63,656 nt of DNA, taken from positions 1-63,656 of the forward strand of contig JBDKUM010000070.1 in assembly GCA_039679715.1 (NCBI GenBank), in the 5' to 3' direction. The notes under the pieces are model-generated. The model made no database searches. It had not been told where the DNA came from and saw only the letters and a list, made by a program, of their open reading frames with translations. A program made the translations under genes and the position numbers. Source of the stretch: Phycisphaerales bacterium. GTDB lineage: Bacteria; Planctomycetota; Phycisphaerae; Sedimentisphaerales; UBA12454. Positions 44,661 through 54,419 of the stretch are shown in pieces; position 1 is the stretch's first letter; the number at the start of each line of letters is the position of its first letter.

Positions 44661-45179
44661 ATGAAATACTCAAAGATGATTTTGATGACAGCAGTGATGC
44701 TCATGGTTAGTATGACCATCGCTTATGCCGGCGACAAAAAGGCAAACGAGAAAAAGGCCAGTGTGAAAAAAGGCCAGGCAGTGAAAGCATGTGCTGATGC
44801 TAATGCAGCAGCAAAATGCACAGTTAAAAAAGCGGGAGAGAGTAAAAAGCAGTGCGCCAAAAAAGAGTCTAATATAAAATGTCAGCAAAAATGCAAGAAT
44901 GAAACAGCACAAGCTTCAGGCAAAAAATTGGGCTGGTTATCTTTCCTTAACAGAAAAGAAGTCAAAGCAGCCGATAAAGAAGCAAAGTCCTGCAAAGTAT
45001 CAGAAAACAAGCCGTGCAAAAAAGAATGTAAAAAGGCTTGTCTAAAAAAATGCAAAAAAGCGGCAGATCCAAACACACCAGTCGACCCAAATGCTCCAAA
45101 GTGTGTATCAAAGATTTGCAAAAAAGCCGCAGCAGCTAATGCCAAAAAATCGACAGAATCTGCAACACAAACAAAATAA
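44661..45179 (+). CDS. Secreted Lys/Cys/Ala-rich low-complexity protein
   Basis: Signal peptide MKYSKMILMTAVMLMVSMTIAYA, then 12 Cys embedded in K-rich text (KPCKKECKKACLKKCKK). GGAAAGGA RBS and a strong terminator downstream. Confidence 0.6.
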   Translation: MKYSKMILMTAVMLMVSMTIAYAGDKKANEKKASVKKGQAVKACADANAAAKCTVKKAGESKKQCAKKESNIKCQQKCKNETAQASGKKLGWLSFLNRKEVKAADKEAKSCKVSENKPCKKECKKACLKKCKKAADPNTPVDPNAPKCVSKICKKAAAANAKKSTESATQTK

Positions 45180-45258
45180 ACAATAATCAAAAGGCAAATT
45201 CCAATTTTTGGTATTTGGAAATTTGATTATTGGAAATTGGTTATTGATTATTAGCAAG

Positions 45259-45296
45259 ATGGCTGTATTGAAATTTTCAGTACAGCCATTTTTTTT
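45259..45296 (+). terminator. Intrinsic terminator
   Basis: ATGGCTGTA (45259-45267) pairs with TACAGCCAT (45281-45289). T8 follows. Confidence 0.65.
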
Positions 45297-45331
45297 GCAT
45301 TATTTTTCATTCCTGTTATGATTCACCGATT

Positions 45332-46093
45332 ATGTTTTCATATTTAACAAGTTTTTTGCCGCAGGATTTCAGCCATGTACAATGGCTTATAATGGGTTTA
45401 TGCGCTGTTTTGATAGGTTTAAATAAAACAGCACTCCCAGGCGTGGGAATTGTTGTGGTGCCGCTGTTAGCTTCGTTTTTTTCTGCGAGAACTTCAACGG
45501 GACTAATACTCCCGATGTTGGCATTGGCGGATTTGTTTGCTGTTGGCTATTACCATCGGCATGCAAACTGGAAAATAATTTTGAAGCTCCTCCCTGCCGC
45601 ACTTGTCGGCATCGCAGTCGGCTCTTACGTGATTCGTAAAATTAATGATGATACACTTCGCCCTGTCATCGGCATTATTGTCCTTATAATGGTCATCCTT
45701 AATTACCTTCGTGAAAAACATATCAAACAGGATTTTTCACAGAGTAAAATATTTGCCTCTTCGATGGGCTTCATAGCCGGTCTTACTACTCAACTTGCAA
45801 ACGCTGCCGGTCCGGTGATGGCGATTTACCTGCTTGCTATGAAGCTGCCAAAATATGAATTCATCGGAACCGGAGCATGGTATTTCCTGATTTTAAATTG
45901 GCTCAAAATGGCAATCTTCGCAAGTGAAGGCAGAATTACAACGCAATCGATGGCTGCTGATATTTCGATGCTGCCCCTTATCGCCATCGGTGCGATAGCA
46001 GGCATTTTCATTCTCAAAAAAGTACCGCAAAAATGGTTTAATTTCTTTGTCCAAATCCTCGCCGCAGCTGCCGCTATCAAATTACTTTTTTAG
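45332..46093 (+). CDS. TauE/SafE family sulfite/anion exporter
   Basis: About 8 TM helices with an internal duplication and a GLNKTALPGVG-type motif. Typical size of 253 aa. Confidence 0.78.
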   Translation: MFSYLTSFLPQDFSHVQWLIMGLCAVLIGLNKTALPGVGIVVVPLLASFFSARTSTGLILPMLALADLFAVGYYHRHANWKIILKLLPAALVGIAVGSYVIRKINDDTLRPVIGIIVLIMVILNYLREKHIKQDFSQSKIFASSMGFIAGLTTQLANAAGPVMAIYLLAMKLPKYEFIGTGAWYFLILNWLKMAIFASEGRITTQSMAADISMLPLIAIGAIAGIFILKKVPQKWFNFFVQILAAAAAIKLLF

Positions 46094-46208
46094 TCCGATA
46101 ATAATTTAGCGAATCGTTGCAACATATTACATTTCAGCTTTAACATCCAAAATTTGAATCTACCATCTTATAAAGCCGAAAAATAATTATGCTTTATAAG
46201 GATATGCA

Positions 46209-48035
46209 ATGAAATCTATTAAATTTTCTGTCGGGCAAAAAGCGGCGATTTGCATTGGAATGGTATTCATTATTCTCGTAGGAGTGCTTTACCTTTCCTC
46301 AAATACAGTCATAAGGCAAGGCTTTGAAGATCTCGAATATCAATCTGTTGAGACAAATATTACTCGACTTCATAACAGCATACTGAGAGAATTGGAGAAT
46401 CTTGAAACCATTAACGGAGATTGGGCACCATGGGATGATTCACGCGATTTCGTACTTGGAAAAAGTTCGACTTACGTTGAATCGAATTTGACAGAGGATT
46501 GCATAAAAAATCTTAAACTTAATTTTATGATTTTTTTTGATTTGCAGGGCAAAATAGTCTATAGCTGTTTTATTAATTCCGAAGGAGAATTAGTTAATAA
46601 CATTCCTGAAGATTTAAAACAAAGTTTGCTTTTACAAAAAGAATTTTTCGAAATCAAAGATCCGGCCGAAGCCAAATCGGGTATGATCATTGTTTCAAAT
46701 TCACCGATATTAGTGGCGGCTCAACCTATCTCGAACAGTGCGACTTCATTGCCTTTAAGCGGAACTTTAATTATAGGCCGATATTTTAACGATGTGGTTA
46801 TTGAAAAGCTAAGAAATCAAACATGCCTGGATTTTAAAATTATTGATAATTTTAAAGACCTTAGCTTGCTTTCCCCAACAAAAAATTATATTGAAACGGT
46901 AAATGACAAGTTAATCAGAGGTTATTCCAACTTTTATGAAGTCGGAACTGAAAGATGCGTAACTTTTGAAATAGAAATGCCCAGAGATATATCCAATTAT
47001 GGCAAAAAAGTCATCGCCTGTTTTGTTTTTATCACGGCTGCTGGCGGTTTATTATGCTTAGGTATTCTCCTGTATATGCTGCGTATACTCATTTTTAACC
47101 CAATAAATACACTCAAAAATAATTTTGAAAAGATCGACAAAGATTCCAATTTCAGCACAAAGCTTTATACTGAAAGAGAAGACGAAATTGGAAGTCTGGC
47201 AAGATCTTTCGATACCTTGATGAATCACTTGAAAGAAAGAATAGTTGAACTTGCTGAAAAACAAAACACGACAAATAATCTTAATCTCGAATTAATGCAA
47301 ACAACTGAAAAGCTTCAGGAAGCAAATACAGAGCTTAAAAATTTCGTGTATGTAGCCTCACACGATTTACGAGAACCGCTTCGAAAAATCGTTGTTTTCG
47401 CTGAAATGCTGAAATCTTCTCTCAAAGATAAAATAGAAGGCGGCGATATTGAAAATATGCATTACATGATAGATGGCGCAGAACGAATAAAGAAAATGAT
47501 TGACGGTCTGCTCGTCTATTCGCGTGTAAGCTCACAACCGCATCCATTGCAGAAAGTTGACCTTAATATCATTCTTGAACAGATATGCAAATTCGAGCTT
47601 GCTGTTCTTATCGAAGAGAAAAATGTTATCATAAACAAACCCCAGCCTCTGCCGGTAATCGTTGGCGATACGACGCAAATCACTCAACTCATGCAGAATC
47701 TGATTGTCAACGGCATTAAATACCAAAAGCCCGGCAACAGGCCGCAAATTACAATTACTTCAAAGCCTGCTCCTGACGGCAATGTAAGGATAGAAGTAAC
47801 GGATAACGGAATAGGAATTAAGCCGGAGTATCATAGTGCTGTCTTTACAATGTTTAAACGCCTGCATTCGAAAGAATACGAAGGTACAGGAATCGGACTT
47901 TCAGTTTGCAAAAAAATCGTCGAAAGACACAATGGTAAAATTGGCCTCGATTCACAGCCCGACCAGGGCTCAACATTCTGGTTTACAATCGCAGAAGTTC
48001 ACGCTAAAACCGCTGTTGAGCAAACAACTGCATAA
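46209..48035 (+). CDS. Sensor histidine kinase (periplasmic CHASE4-like sensor, HAMP, HisKA, HATPase_c); no cognate response regulator in the window
   Basis: Two TM segments flank a ~230-aa sensor domain. H-box SHDLREPL, N-box NLIVNGIKY, G-boxes DNGIGI and GTGIGLSVCKKIV. Confidence 0.85.
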   Translation: MKSIKFSVGQKAAICIGMVFIILVGVLYLSSNTVIRQGFEDLEYQSVETNITRLHNSILRELENLETINGDWAPWDDSRDFVLGKSSTYVESNLTEDCIKNLKLNFMIFFDLQGKIVYSCFINSEGELVNNIPEDLKQSLLLQKEFFEIKDPAEAKSGMIIVSNSPILVAAQPISNSATSLPLSGTLIIGRYFNDVVIEKLRNQTCLDFKIIDNFKDLSLLSPTKNYIETVNDKLIRGYSNFYEVGTERCVTFEIEMPRDISNYGKKVIACFVFITAAGGLLCLGILLYMLRILIFNPINTLKNNFEKIDKDSNFSTKLYTEREDEIGSLARSFDTLMNHLKERIVELAEKQNTTNNLNLELMQTTEKLQEANTELKNFVYVASHDLREPLRKIVVFAEMLKSSLKDKIEGGDIENMHYMIDGAERIKKMIDGLLVYSRVSSQPHPLQKVDLNIILEQICKFELAVLIEEKNVIINKPQPLPVIVGDTTQITQLMQNLIVNGIKYQKPGNRPQITITSKPAPDGNVRIEVTDNGIGIKPEYHSAVFTMFKRLHSKEYEGTGIGLSVCKKIVERHNGKIGLDSQPDQGSTFWFTIAEVHAKTAVEQTTA

Positions 48036-48036
48036 T

Positions 48037-48996
48037 CTACGGTAATTCCTGGAGCAGTTCTAGAATTTCTTCCCTTTTGGGCAGAGATTCCTGCGCGCCG
48101 AATTTGGAGCAAGCCAAAGCACCGGCAGCGCATGCAAATTTCACAGCTTTCCTGATATCTGTTTCAAATGCGCAGCAAGCGGCAAATGCTCCGTCAAACG
48201 CATCGCCGCAAGCGGTATGGTCAACAATTTTCACTTCAAACGGAGGAATATGTTCCGTCCCGTTTTTATCAACTACAATCGCGCCTTTTCTGCCGAGTTT
48301 TATCACCGCGCACCCAACGCCTCGTGCAATTAAATCCGAACCAATGAGTTTAGCGGCATGAATATTGGGATTTTGTGCAGTGCTAAGTTCCGCAGCTTCG
48401 ATGAAATTTGGAACTATAATATCAGCGGTATAATAGTCACGCGGCAGTTGGCCGCTTTGAATTTGGAATTGCTCGGTTGAAAGTTCAGGGTCAAGAATTA
48501 CTTTTGCATGTGAAAGTTTGCCCGCTCGAATCGCCGCATTAACAAAATCCTGCGGTAATTGCGCATTTACAAGGCAGGCATCTGCACTTGAAATTACTCG
48601 CTCGAACTCGGATGTATTTATCTCCGCCGGTGTTAGAGCTTTATTAGCGCCTTCTGAAATAATTGTCCTGTTTGCTCCGGCACTATTTACAAAAGAAACG
48701 CTCACGCCCGTAGTTTTTGCTTCAGCCTCAAACAAAAAATCGCTATGTACTCCATATTCGGCAAGATTATCGCGAATTAGTTCCCCAAACTGGTCTTTGC
48801 CCACCTTGCCGACGAGATAAACTTCACAATCGCAAAGCGCAGCCTGTATCGCCTGGTTCAAACCGCAACCGGCCGGCGTGTATGAAAAACTGCTGCCGTA
48901 TATCGTCTGCAAATCATGGGGAAAATGCTCACATCGCATTGCAATATCAATGTAAACATTACCTACAACTACAATCTTTGGTTTAGCACCCGCCAT
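48037..48996 (-). CDS. PfkB-family carbohydrate kinase (ribokinase-like)
   Basis: Track ORF extends to 49035. The start at ATG 48996 gives MAGAKPKIVVVGNVYIDI. NxxE and the DHTACGDAFDGAF anion-hole/catalytic motif are present. Confidence 0.8.
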   Translation of the reverse strand: MAGAKPKIVVVGNVYIDIAMRCEHFPHDLQTIYGSSFSYTPAGCGLNQAIQAALCDCEVYLVGKVGKDQFGELIRDNLAEYGVHSDFLFEAEAKTTGVSVSFVNSAGANRTIISEGANKALTPAEINTSEFERVISSADACLVNAQLPQDFVNAAIRAGKLSHAKVILDPELSTEQFQIQSGQLPRDYYTADIIVPNFIEAAELSTAQNPNIHAAKLIGSDLIARGVGCAVIKLGRKGAIVVDKNGTEHIPPFEVKIVDHTACGDAFDGAFAACCAFETDIRKAVKFACAAGALACSKFGAQESLPKREEILELLQELP

Positions 48997-49181
48997 AAAC
49001 ACCTTAATCTTAATCTTTATACAAAATACAAACAATTCCTATCTTTTGCAATACACTATTTACTTAATTAACTTAAAAGAATTTGACTTGAGTTGAGCAT
49101 TTAGATACACTAAACGTATAACTCCAAAGAATAAAGAATATCTTTGTTACAGTCTCTACTCCTCTTATCTGGATAATTTTT

Positions 49182-50621
49182 ATGGACAAAAAAGAAAATT
49201 GTGGTCTTTTTGGAATTTTCGGAGACCCCGATGCCGCCGAAAAGACTTTTTACGCTTTGCACAGTCTTCAGCATCGCGGCCAGGAATCGGCCGGGATTGC
49301 CTCAAGCAATGGCGAAGCAATTAGATTACACGTCGGAATGGGACATACCACACGGGTTTTCCGCAGCAGCAAAGACGTCCTTTCAATGCTCAAAAATCCC
49401 ATAGCAATCGGGCATGTCCGCTATTCGACAAGCGGTTCACGCAATGTATCCAATGCCCAGCCTCTTCTAAGTGAATATTCACGCGGCCAGGTCGCCGTCG
49501 CACATAACGGCAATTTGATCAACGCAGCTCTACTGCGGGATGAATACGAAGCATATGGCAACATTTTCAAAACTTCAAACGATACTGAAATTATTATTCA
49601 TTTATTAGCAAAACCATCTCATGTTGCCAAACCAGACCCGCTGGGGCATGTTCTTAATCATTTACAAGGCTCATTTTCTCTGCTCTTTTTGTTCCCTAAC
49701 AGGATCGAAGCGGCAAGAGATTCTTACGGCATCAGGCCTTTATGCATAGGCAAAACCAAAAACGGCGATTATTGTTTCGCAAGTGAAACATGTGCTTTCG
49801 ATACTATCGACGCTGAATATATCCGCGAAGTCGAGCCGGGCGAAATTGTAACTGTCGATAAAGACGGACTGCACAGCAGATTTTTTGTAAAACCGGGAAA
49901 CATCAAGCCCGCGCACTGCATTTTCGAGCATATTTATTTTGCAAAACAAAGCAGCTATATCTTTGGCGAGAATGTGCACGAAGTTCGCAGAAAATGCGGC
50001 GAACAAATAGCCAGGGAACATCCGGTTGATGCTGATGTTGTTATTCCGGTTCCAGACTCCGGGACATCGGCGGCTATCGGCTATAGTGATGAAAGTAAAA
50101 TCCGATTCGATATGGGTTTTGTGCGAAGCCATTATGTCGGCAGAACATTTATTGCGCCCGGACAGGAAATGCGAGACCTTGCGGTTAAACTTAAACTATC
50201 GGTTGTTAAACCTATAGTTCAAGGAAAACGTGTAGTTGTTGTCGATGATTCAATCGTTCGCGGAACTACCACAAAAGGCAAAATTACCGCACTTAGAAAT
50301 GCAGGTGCAAAAGAAATACACATGCGGGTTAGCTGCCCGCCAGTATTGTTTCCATGTTTTTACGGCGTTGACTTTCCCACAAAAGAAGAATTGGTAGCGC
50401 ATGGCAGAAGCATGGATGAAATTAAAGAATTTCTCGATGTTGACAGCCTGGGCTATATTTCACTTGAAGGAATGCTCGCCTGTGCATCGCTGCCGAAAGA
50501 CCATTATTGTACCGCATGCTGGAATGGCAAATATCCCGTTCCTGTTACTTCGGTTGTCGGCAAGTTTATGATGGAACGTTATCAGATGCAGCTTTTCGAT
50601 GATGAACCTGTACAACTGTAA
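49182..50621 (+). CDS. purF: Amidophosphoribosyltransferase (propeptide and Fe-S type)
   Basis: MDKKENCGLFGIFG (Ntn Cys after a short propeptide), PRTase motif VVVVDDSIVRGTT, and C-terminal cluster cysteines (CFYG...YCTACWNG). Confidence 0.93.
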   Translation: MDKKENCGLFGIFGDPDAAEKTFYALHSLQHRGQESAGIASSNGEAIRLHVGMGHTTRVFRSSKDVLSMLKNPIAIGHVRYSTSGSRNVSNAQPLLSEYSRGQVAVAHNGNLINAALLRDEYEAYGNIFKTSNDTEIIIHLLAKPSHVAKPDPLGHVLNHLQGSFSLLFLFPNRIEAARDSYGIRPLCIGKTKNGDYCFASETCAFDTIDAEYIREVEPGEIVTVDKDGLHSRFFVKPGNIKPAHCIFEHIYFAKQSSYIFGENVHEVRRKCGEQIAREHPVDADVVIPVPDSGTSAAIGYSDESKIRFDMGFVRSHYVGRTFIAPGQEMRDLAVKLKLSVVKPIVQGKRVVVVDDSIVRGTTTKGKITALRNAGAKEIHMRVSCPPVLFPCFYGVDFPTKEELVAHGRSMDEIKEFLDVDSLGYISLEGMLACASLPKDHYCTACWNGKYPVPVTSVVGKFMMERYQMQLFDDEPVQL

Positions 50622-50629
50622 AAGTATAT

Positions 50630-50705
50630 GAGTGAATGTGTAGATGAGTAAATGGGTAATCAGAATTGATCACTCATTTACCCATTTACCCTTTTACTCA
50701 TTTAC
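50630..50705. repeat. Imperfect palindrome built from 8-nt stutter words between purF and purM
   Basis: The left arm GAGTGAATGTGTAGATGAGTAAATGGGTAA (50630-50659) is the complement of the right arm CTCATTTAC/CCATTTAC/CCTTTTAC/TCATTTAC (50673-50705). Confidence 0.5.
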
Positions 50706-50725
50706 TTAATTTTTAATGGATTAAA

Positions 50726-51793
50726 ATGACTGAATATTTGACTTATGCAAAATCGGGCGTTGACATCGACGCCAACGACGTGATGGTCGAAAGAATTCGC
50801 TCATCGGTACAAAGCACCTATGGTCCACGCGTGATAGACATCCATGGCGGTTTCGCAGGTTTGTTCAGACTCGATTACTGCGAAAAAATCTTCAAAAAGA
50901 ATTACAAAAATCCCGTGCTCGCCGCCTGCACCGATGGCGTCGGCACAAAGATGCTTGTCGCTCGCGATATGAACAGATACGATACTGTCGGATTCGACCT
51001 TGTCGCGATGAACGTTAACGACATGCTCGTAATGGGTGCAGAACCACTGTTCTTCCTCGATTATCTGGGCGTAAATAAACTTGAGCCTGCCAAAATCGCC
51101 GAGCTTGTCGAAAGCATTTCTGCCGCTTGCAGACTTTCAAATTGCGCTCTAATTGGCGGCGAAACTGCCGAAATGCCCGACATTTACAAAAAAGACGATT
51201 TCGATATGGCAGGTTTCGCTGTCGGCGTTGTCGAAAAAAACAAAATAATAACAGGCACAAACGTTAAAATCGGCGACACCATCCTCGGCCTCGCCTCTAG
51301 CGGTTTGCACAGCAACGGCTACGCTCTGGCCAGAAATATATGCTTTAAAAAATTGAAATTGAAAGTCGACGACGTAATTAAGGAACTGGGAAACAGAACA
51401 ATTGGCGAAGCTCTTTTAACACCGACAAAAATTTATGTTCGTCCGATTTTGAAGCTTCTTTCTCAATACAAATCCAAAAAAGTCATTCACGCTATGGCGC
51501 ATATCACCGGCGGCGGTTTGCCCGGCAACGTCCCGCGCGTTCTGCCAAAAGGCTGTGATGCCGTTCTTGATAAATCCGCATGGAAAAGAGAACCGATTTT
51601 CGATTTCCTGATGAATAAAGGGCCGGTCGAAGAAGAAGAAATGTTCCGCGTTTTCAATATGGGCATCGGCTATGTTTTAATCGTCGCTCCCGATTTCACA
51701 TCATCAGTGGCTGAAAAATTACGTGTATCAGGCGAAACAGTTTTCAAAATCGGTACAATCCGCCGCGGAAACCAAAACGTAATTATTAAATAG
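50726..51793 (+). CDS. purM: Phosphoribosylformylglycinamidine cyclo-ligase (AIR synthetase)
   Basis: YAKSGVDIDA, ACTDGVGTK, DLVAMNVNDM, GGETAEMP, HITGGG. Confidence 0.93.
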   Translation: MTEYLTYAKSGVDIDANDVMVERIRSSVQSTYGPRVIDIHGGFAGLFRLDYCEKIFKKNYKNPVLAACTDGVGTKMLVARDMNRYDTVGFDLVAMNVNDMLVMGAEPLFFLDYLGVNKLEPAKIAELVESISAACRLSNCALIGGETAEMPDIYKKDDFDMAGFAVGVVEKNKIITGTNVKIGDTILGLASSGLHSNGYALARNICFKKLKLKVDDVIKELGNRTIGEALLTPTKIYVRPILKLLSQYKSKKVIHAMAHITGGGLPGNVPRVLPKGCDAVLDKSAWKREPIFDFLMNKGPVEEEEMFRVFNMGIGYVLIVAPDFTSSVAEKLRVSGETVFKIGTIRRGNQNVIIK

Positions 51794-51835
51794 CGTTCAG
51801 CAATTAGCGTTTACGCTGTACGCTTAAAAAAAAGA

Positions 51836-52837
51836 ATGCTTAAAAAAAGACCACCATTGCTGATATCTTTTCCGATTGCAGTAATATTTTATACTGCCTT
51901 TGCTGTTTTTCTTTTTTACCCATATCAGCAAAATCTTACAAATTACAAAATTCTTTTTCCAGTTGAAACCGTTATAGCTTCAGCAGGCGTTTTCATTCTT
52001 TGCAGAAGATGGGTGCTTTCCTTTTTCGCATCGCTGGCCGGAGGTGCGGTATATGGTTTTGGAACTTATGCATGTTCCTTTTTATGTTTTCATCCTTTTG
52101 CGGGGCTGGTTTACGCCCTGCTGCCGTGGACTTTTATACCTGCGGTCTTCTTTTATCGCTGGACAAAGCTTGACAGACTGAACACAAAAATTATTTCAGG
52201 CATGCTCGTATTTCTTTCTGTTCTTTTCATATTCGCGGCCTACCATTTTGCCGCGATACATTATTTATTTCCCATACCTATTCAAACTCAATTACTGCCG
52301 AAATCTCTTCTCGGCATCATCGACCCTATCGGAGTCAAGCAGGATATTTTCGCTCCCGGTTTTTATCACGTTTGCATTACCGGCCTGATTATGGGCACCG
52401 CTGTTCTGATACGAACTCGGCGAATCGGAATTATAGTTTTATTTACTCTTGCTTTATCTGCCGCTTTTACCAGGCCTATTTTGAATGTTCCGCCGGTAGT
52501 GTGGGCTTCGATACCTGTTATGATTTGCTCTATTGTAATTGCCTGCGGCCTTGAAACGATTGTTCTTGCCGGCGCAGGCGATGGCAAATGGCTTATTTCA
52601 ACGATTGCGATTTTGCTGCTGTTGAGTATTGTCGACGTTTTCATCAAGCATACCCAGCCGGGCATTATACCGCTTTCAGCCGTTTTGTATGGCTTGGGAG
52701 TTGTTTCAATCCTCGCGATTTATTTTATTACAGAGACAAACAAAGCATGGCATCTCCTGCGAATGTTCATTCTGTACACCGCGGTCTTTCTCGATATTTT
52801 CCTAAGCACCATGCACAACATCAATTCCATTTTTTAA
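51836..52837 (+). CDS. Polytopic membrane protein, unknown function
   Basis: About 9-10 hydrophobic helices across 333 aa, with no recognisable motif. Confidence 0.6.
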   Translation: MLKKRPPLLISFPIAVIFYTAFAVFLFYPYQQNLTNYKILFPVETVIASAGVFILCRRWVLSFFASLAGGAVYGFGTYACSFLCFHPFAGLVYALLPWTFIPAVFFYRWTKLDRLNTKIISGMLVFLSVLFIFAAYHFAAIHYLFPIPIQTQLLPKSLLGIIDPIGVKQDIFAPGFYHVCITGLIMGTAVLIRTRRIGIIVLFTLALSAAFTRPILNVPPVVWASIPVMICSIVIACGLETIVLAGAGDGKWLISTIAILLLLSIVDVFIKHTQPGIIPLSAVLYGLGVVSILAIYFITETNKAWHLLRMFILYTAVFLDIFLSTMHNINSIF

Positions 52838-52909
52838 TTTCTATACCTCTGTGGTCTCTGTGTTCTCTGTGGCTAAACAATAAATCTCTGTGGCACGCGC
52901 AAAAAAAAC

Positions 52910-52939
52910 GACGGGGCATTAAGCCCCGTCTTTTGTTTT
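52910..52939 (+). terminator. Intrinsic terminator
   Basis: GACGGGGC (52910-52917) pairs with GCCCCGTC (52923-52930). TTTTGTTTT follows and an A8 run precedes, so it may act bidirectionally. Confidence 0.65.
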
Positions 52940-53075
52940 ATGGCTCTTTCTTTTTGCGTTTTAGCCTTTTGCCTGCTTACCGTTTACCATCAGCCATGTC
53001 GATACGCATCGAGATGATATGCCGGCTTTGCTAAACTTGACTCTTATCGAGACATCGAGCCATTTAGTTTTTTAT

Positions 53076-53108
53076 GTCATTGCGAGCCTTTTAGGGCGAA
53101 GCAATCTC
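53076..53108. repeat. Single unit of the GTCATTGCGAG...CGAAGCAATCTC family
   Basis: GTCATTGCGAG (53076-53086), a 10-nt spacer, then CGAAGCAATCTC (53097-53108). Confidence 0.55.
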
Positions 53109-53250
53109 TATTAAAAGCCTAATAAAAAAATCGGCACGTTGCTGAAAAAAATTGAACATTTTTTATAATTTTTTAAAATATTTTTTTATTAGCAATCTGC
53201 TTTATAATAAGTTAAATAATATCGGTCTCTTAAATAAAAGGATATTAAGT

Positions 53251-54408
53251 ATGCTTAATTTTACATTTCAAAATCCAACTAAAATTGTTTTTGGCAAAAA
53301 TGAAATCTCTCAATTAAATGCCCTTATAGACCCAAAAGCTAAGGTTCTGTTAACCTTCGGCGGAGGCTCTATTAAACAAAATGGGATATATACACAAGTT
53401 AAAAAAGCTTTGAAAAATCGTAAGACTGTCGAATTTGGCGGAATCGAACCGAACCCGTCTTACGAAACTTGCATCAAGGCGATAGAACTTGGCAGAAAGG
53501 AAAAAATTAATTTCATTCTTGCTGTCGGAGGCGGTTCCGTTATGGATGGCTCCAAATTTATTGCCGCCGGTATTCCATTCAAAGGCAAAAATGTATGGCA
53601 AATTGTAACTTCACAAGGCTCAGCCGTTAAATCCGCGATTCCTCTGGGAACTGTCGTTACACTGCCGGCAACAGGTTCAGAGATGAATATTTTTGGAGTC
53701 ATCTCACGCAAAAGCACCAAAGAAAAACTCGCATTCGGAAACCCGTTATGTTATCCGCAATTTTCCATTCTCGATCCGCAGGTTACTTATTCCCTGGATA
53801 AAAAACAATTGCGAAATGGCATTGTTGATACTTACGTTCACGTTTGCGAGCAGTATGCGACAAAAAACATAAATGCGTTTTTGCAGGATAGATTTGCTGA
53901 ATCAATTTACAAAACGCTCATAGATGTCGCTCCTGCTGTAATGAACGGCAAAAAAGATTATACCGCACGCGCAAACTTTATGTGGTGCGCGACAATGGCG
54001 CTTAACGGCCTGATAGGTCAAGGCGTTGTGCAGGATTGGAGCACGCATAGCATCGGCCACGAAATGACTGCTTTCTTCGGACTGGCGCACGCAGAAACTC
54101 TCGCGATTGTACTGCCGGCGGTTTGGAAATATGAATTGAATAACAAAGCCGATAAACTTGCCATGCTCGCCGAAAATGTCTATGGCATAAAGAAAGGCAC
54201 GAAAAAACAAAAAGCAAACGCCGCCATCACAAAGACGATTGAATTTTTCAATTCCGTTGGTATGCCGACAAAATTATCAAGCTATAAATTAACTCCGGCA
54301 GATTGCGATGTTATTGCTGAACGTGCCGCAAAACAAGGCTGGAACATCGGCGAAAATTTTGATATCGACCCAAAAGCTTTGCGAAAAATATTCAAATTGG
54401 CAAAATAA
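53251..54408 (+). CDS. Iron-containing alcohol dehydrogenase (YqhD/butanol dehydrogenase-like)
   Basis: Track ORF starts at 53152. ATG 53251 follows AAAAGGA and gives MLNFTFQNPTKIVFGKNEI. Motifs: GGGSVMDGSK and the metal-site WSTHSIGHE. Confidence 0.88.
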   Translation: MLNFTFQNPTKIVFGKNEISQLNALIDPKAKVLLTFGGGSIKQNGIYTQVKKALKNRKTVEFGGIEPNPSYETCIKAIELGRKEKINFILAVGGGSVMDGSKFIAAGIPFKGKNVWQIVTSQGSAVKSAIPLGTVVTLPATGSEMNIFGVISRKSTKEKLAFGNPLCYPQFSILDPQVTYSLDKKQLRNGIVDTYVHVCEQYATKNINAFLQDRFAESIYKTLIDVAPAVMNGKKDYTARANFMWCATMALNGLIGQGVVQDWSTHSIGHEMTAFFGLAHAETLAIVLPAVWKYELNNKADKLAMLAENVYGIKKGTKKQKANAAITKTIEFFNSVGMPTKLSSYKLTPADCDVIAERAAKQGWNIGENFDIDPKALRKIFKLAK

Positions 54409-54419
54409 ATTTTAAGGTT

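Noticed and set aside
52588-53034. 148-aa plus-strand ORF overlapping the end of the membrane-protein gene and the following intergenic repeats
   Set aside because: It overlaps the better-supported 51836..52837 frame and then reads through a terminator and stutter repeats. Its composition (Arg/Cys/Phe/Ser-rich) is typical of out-of-frame translation.
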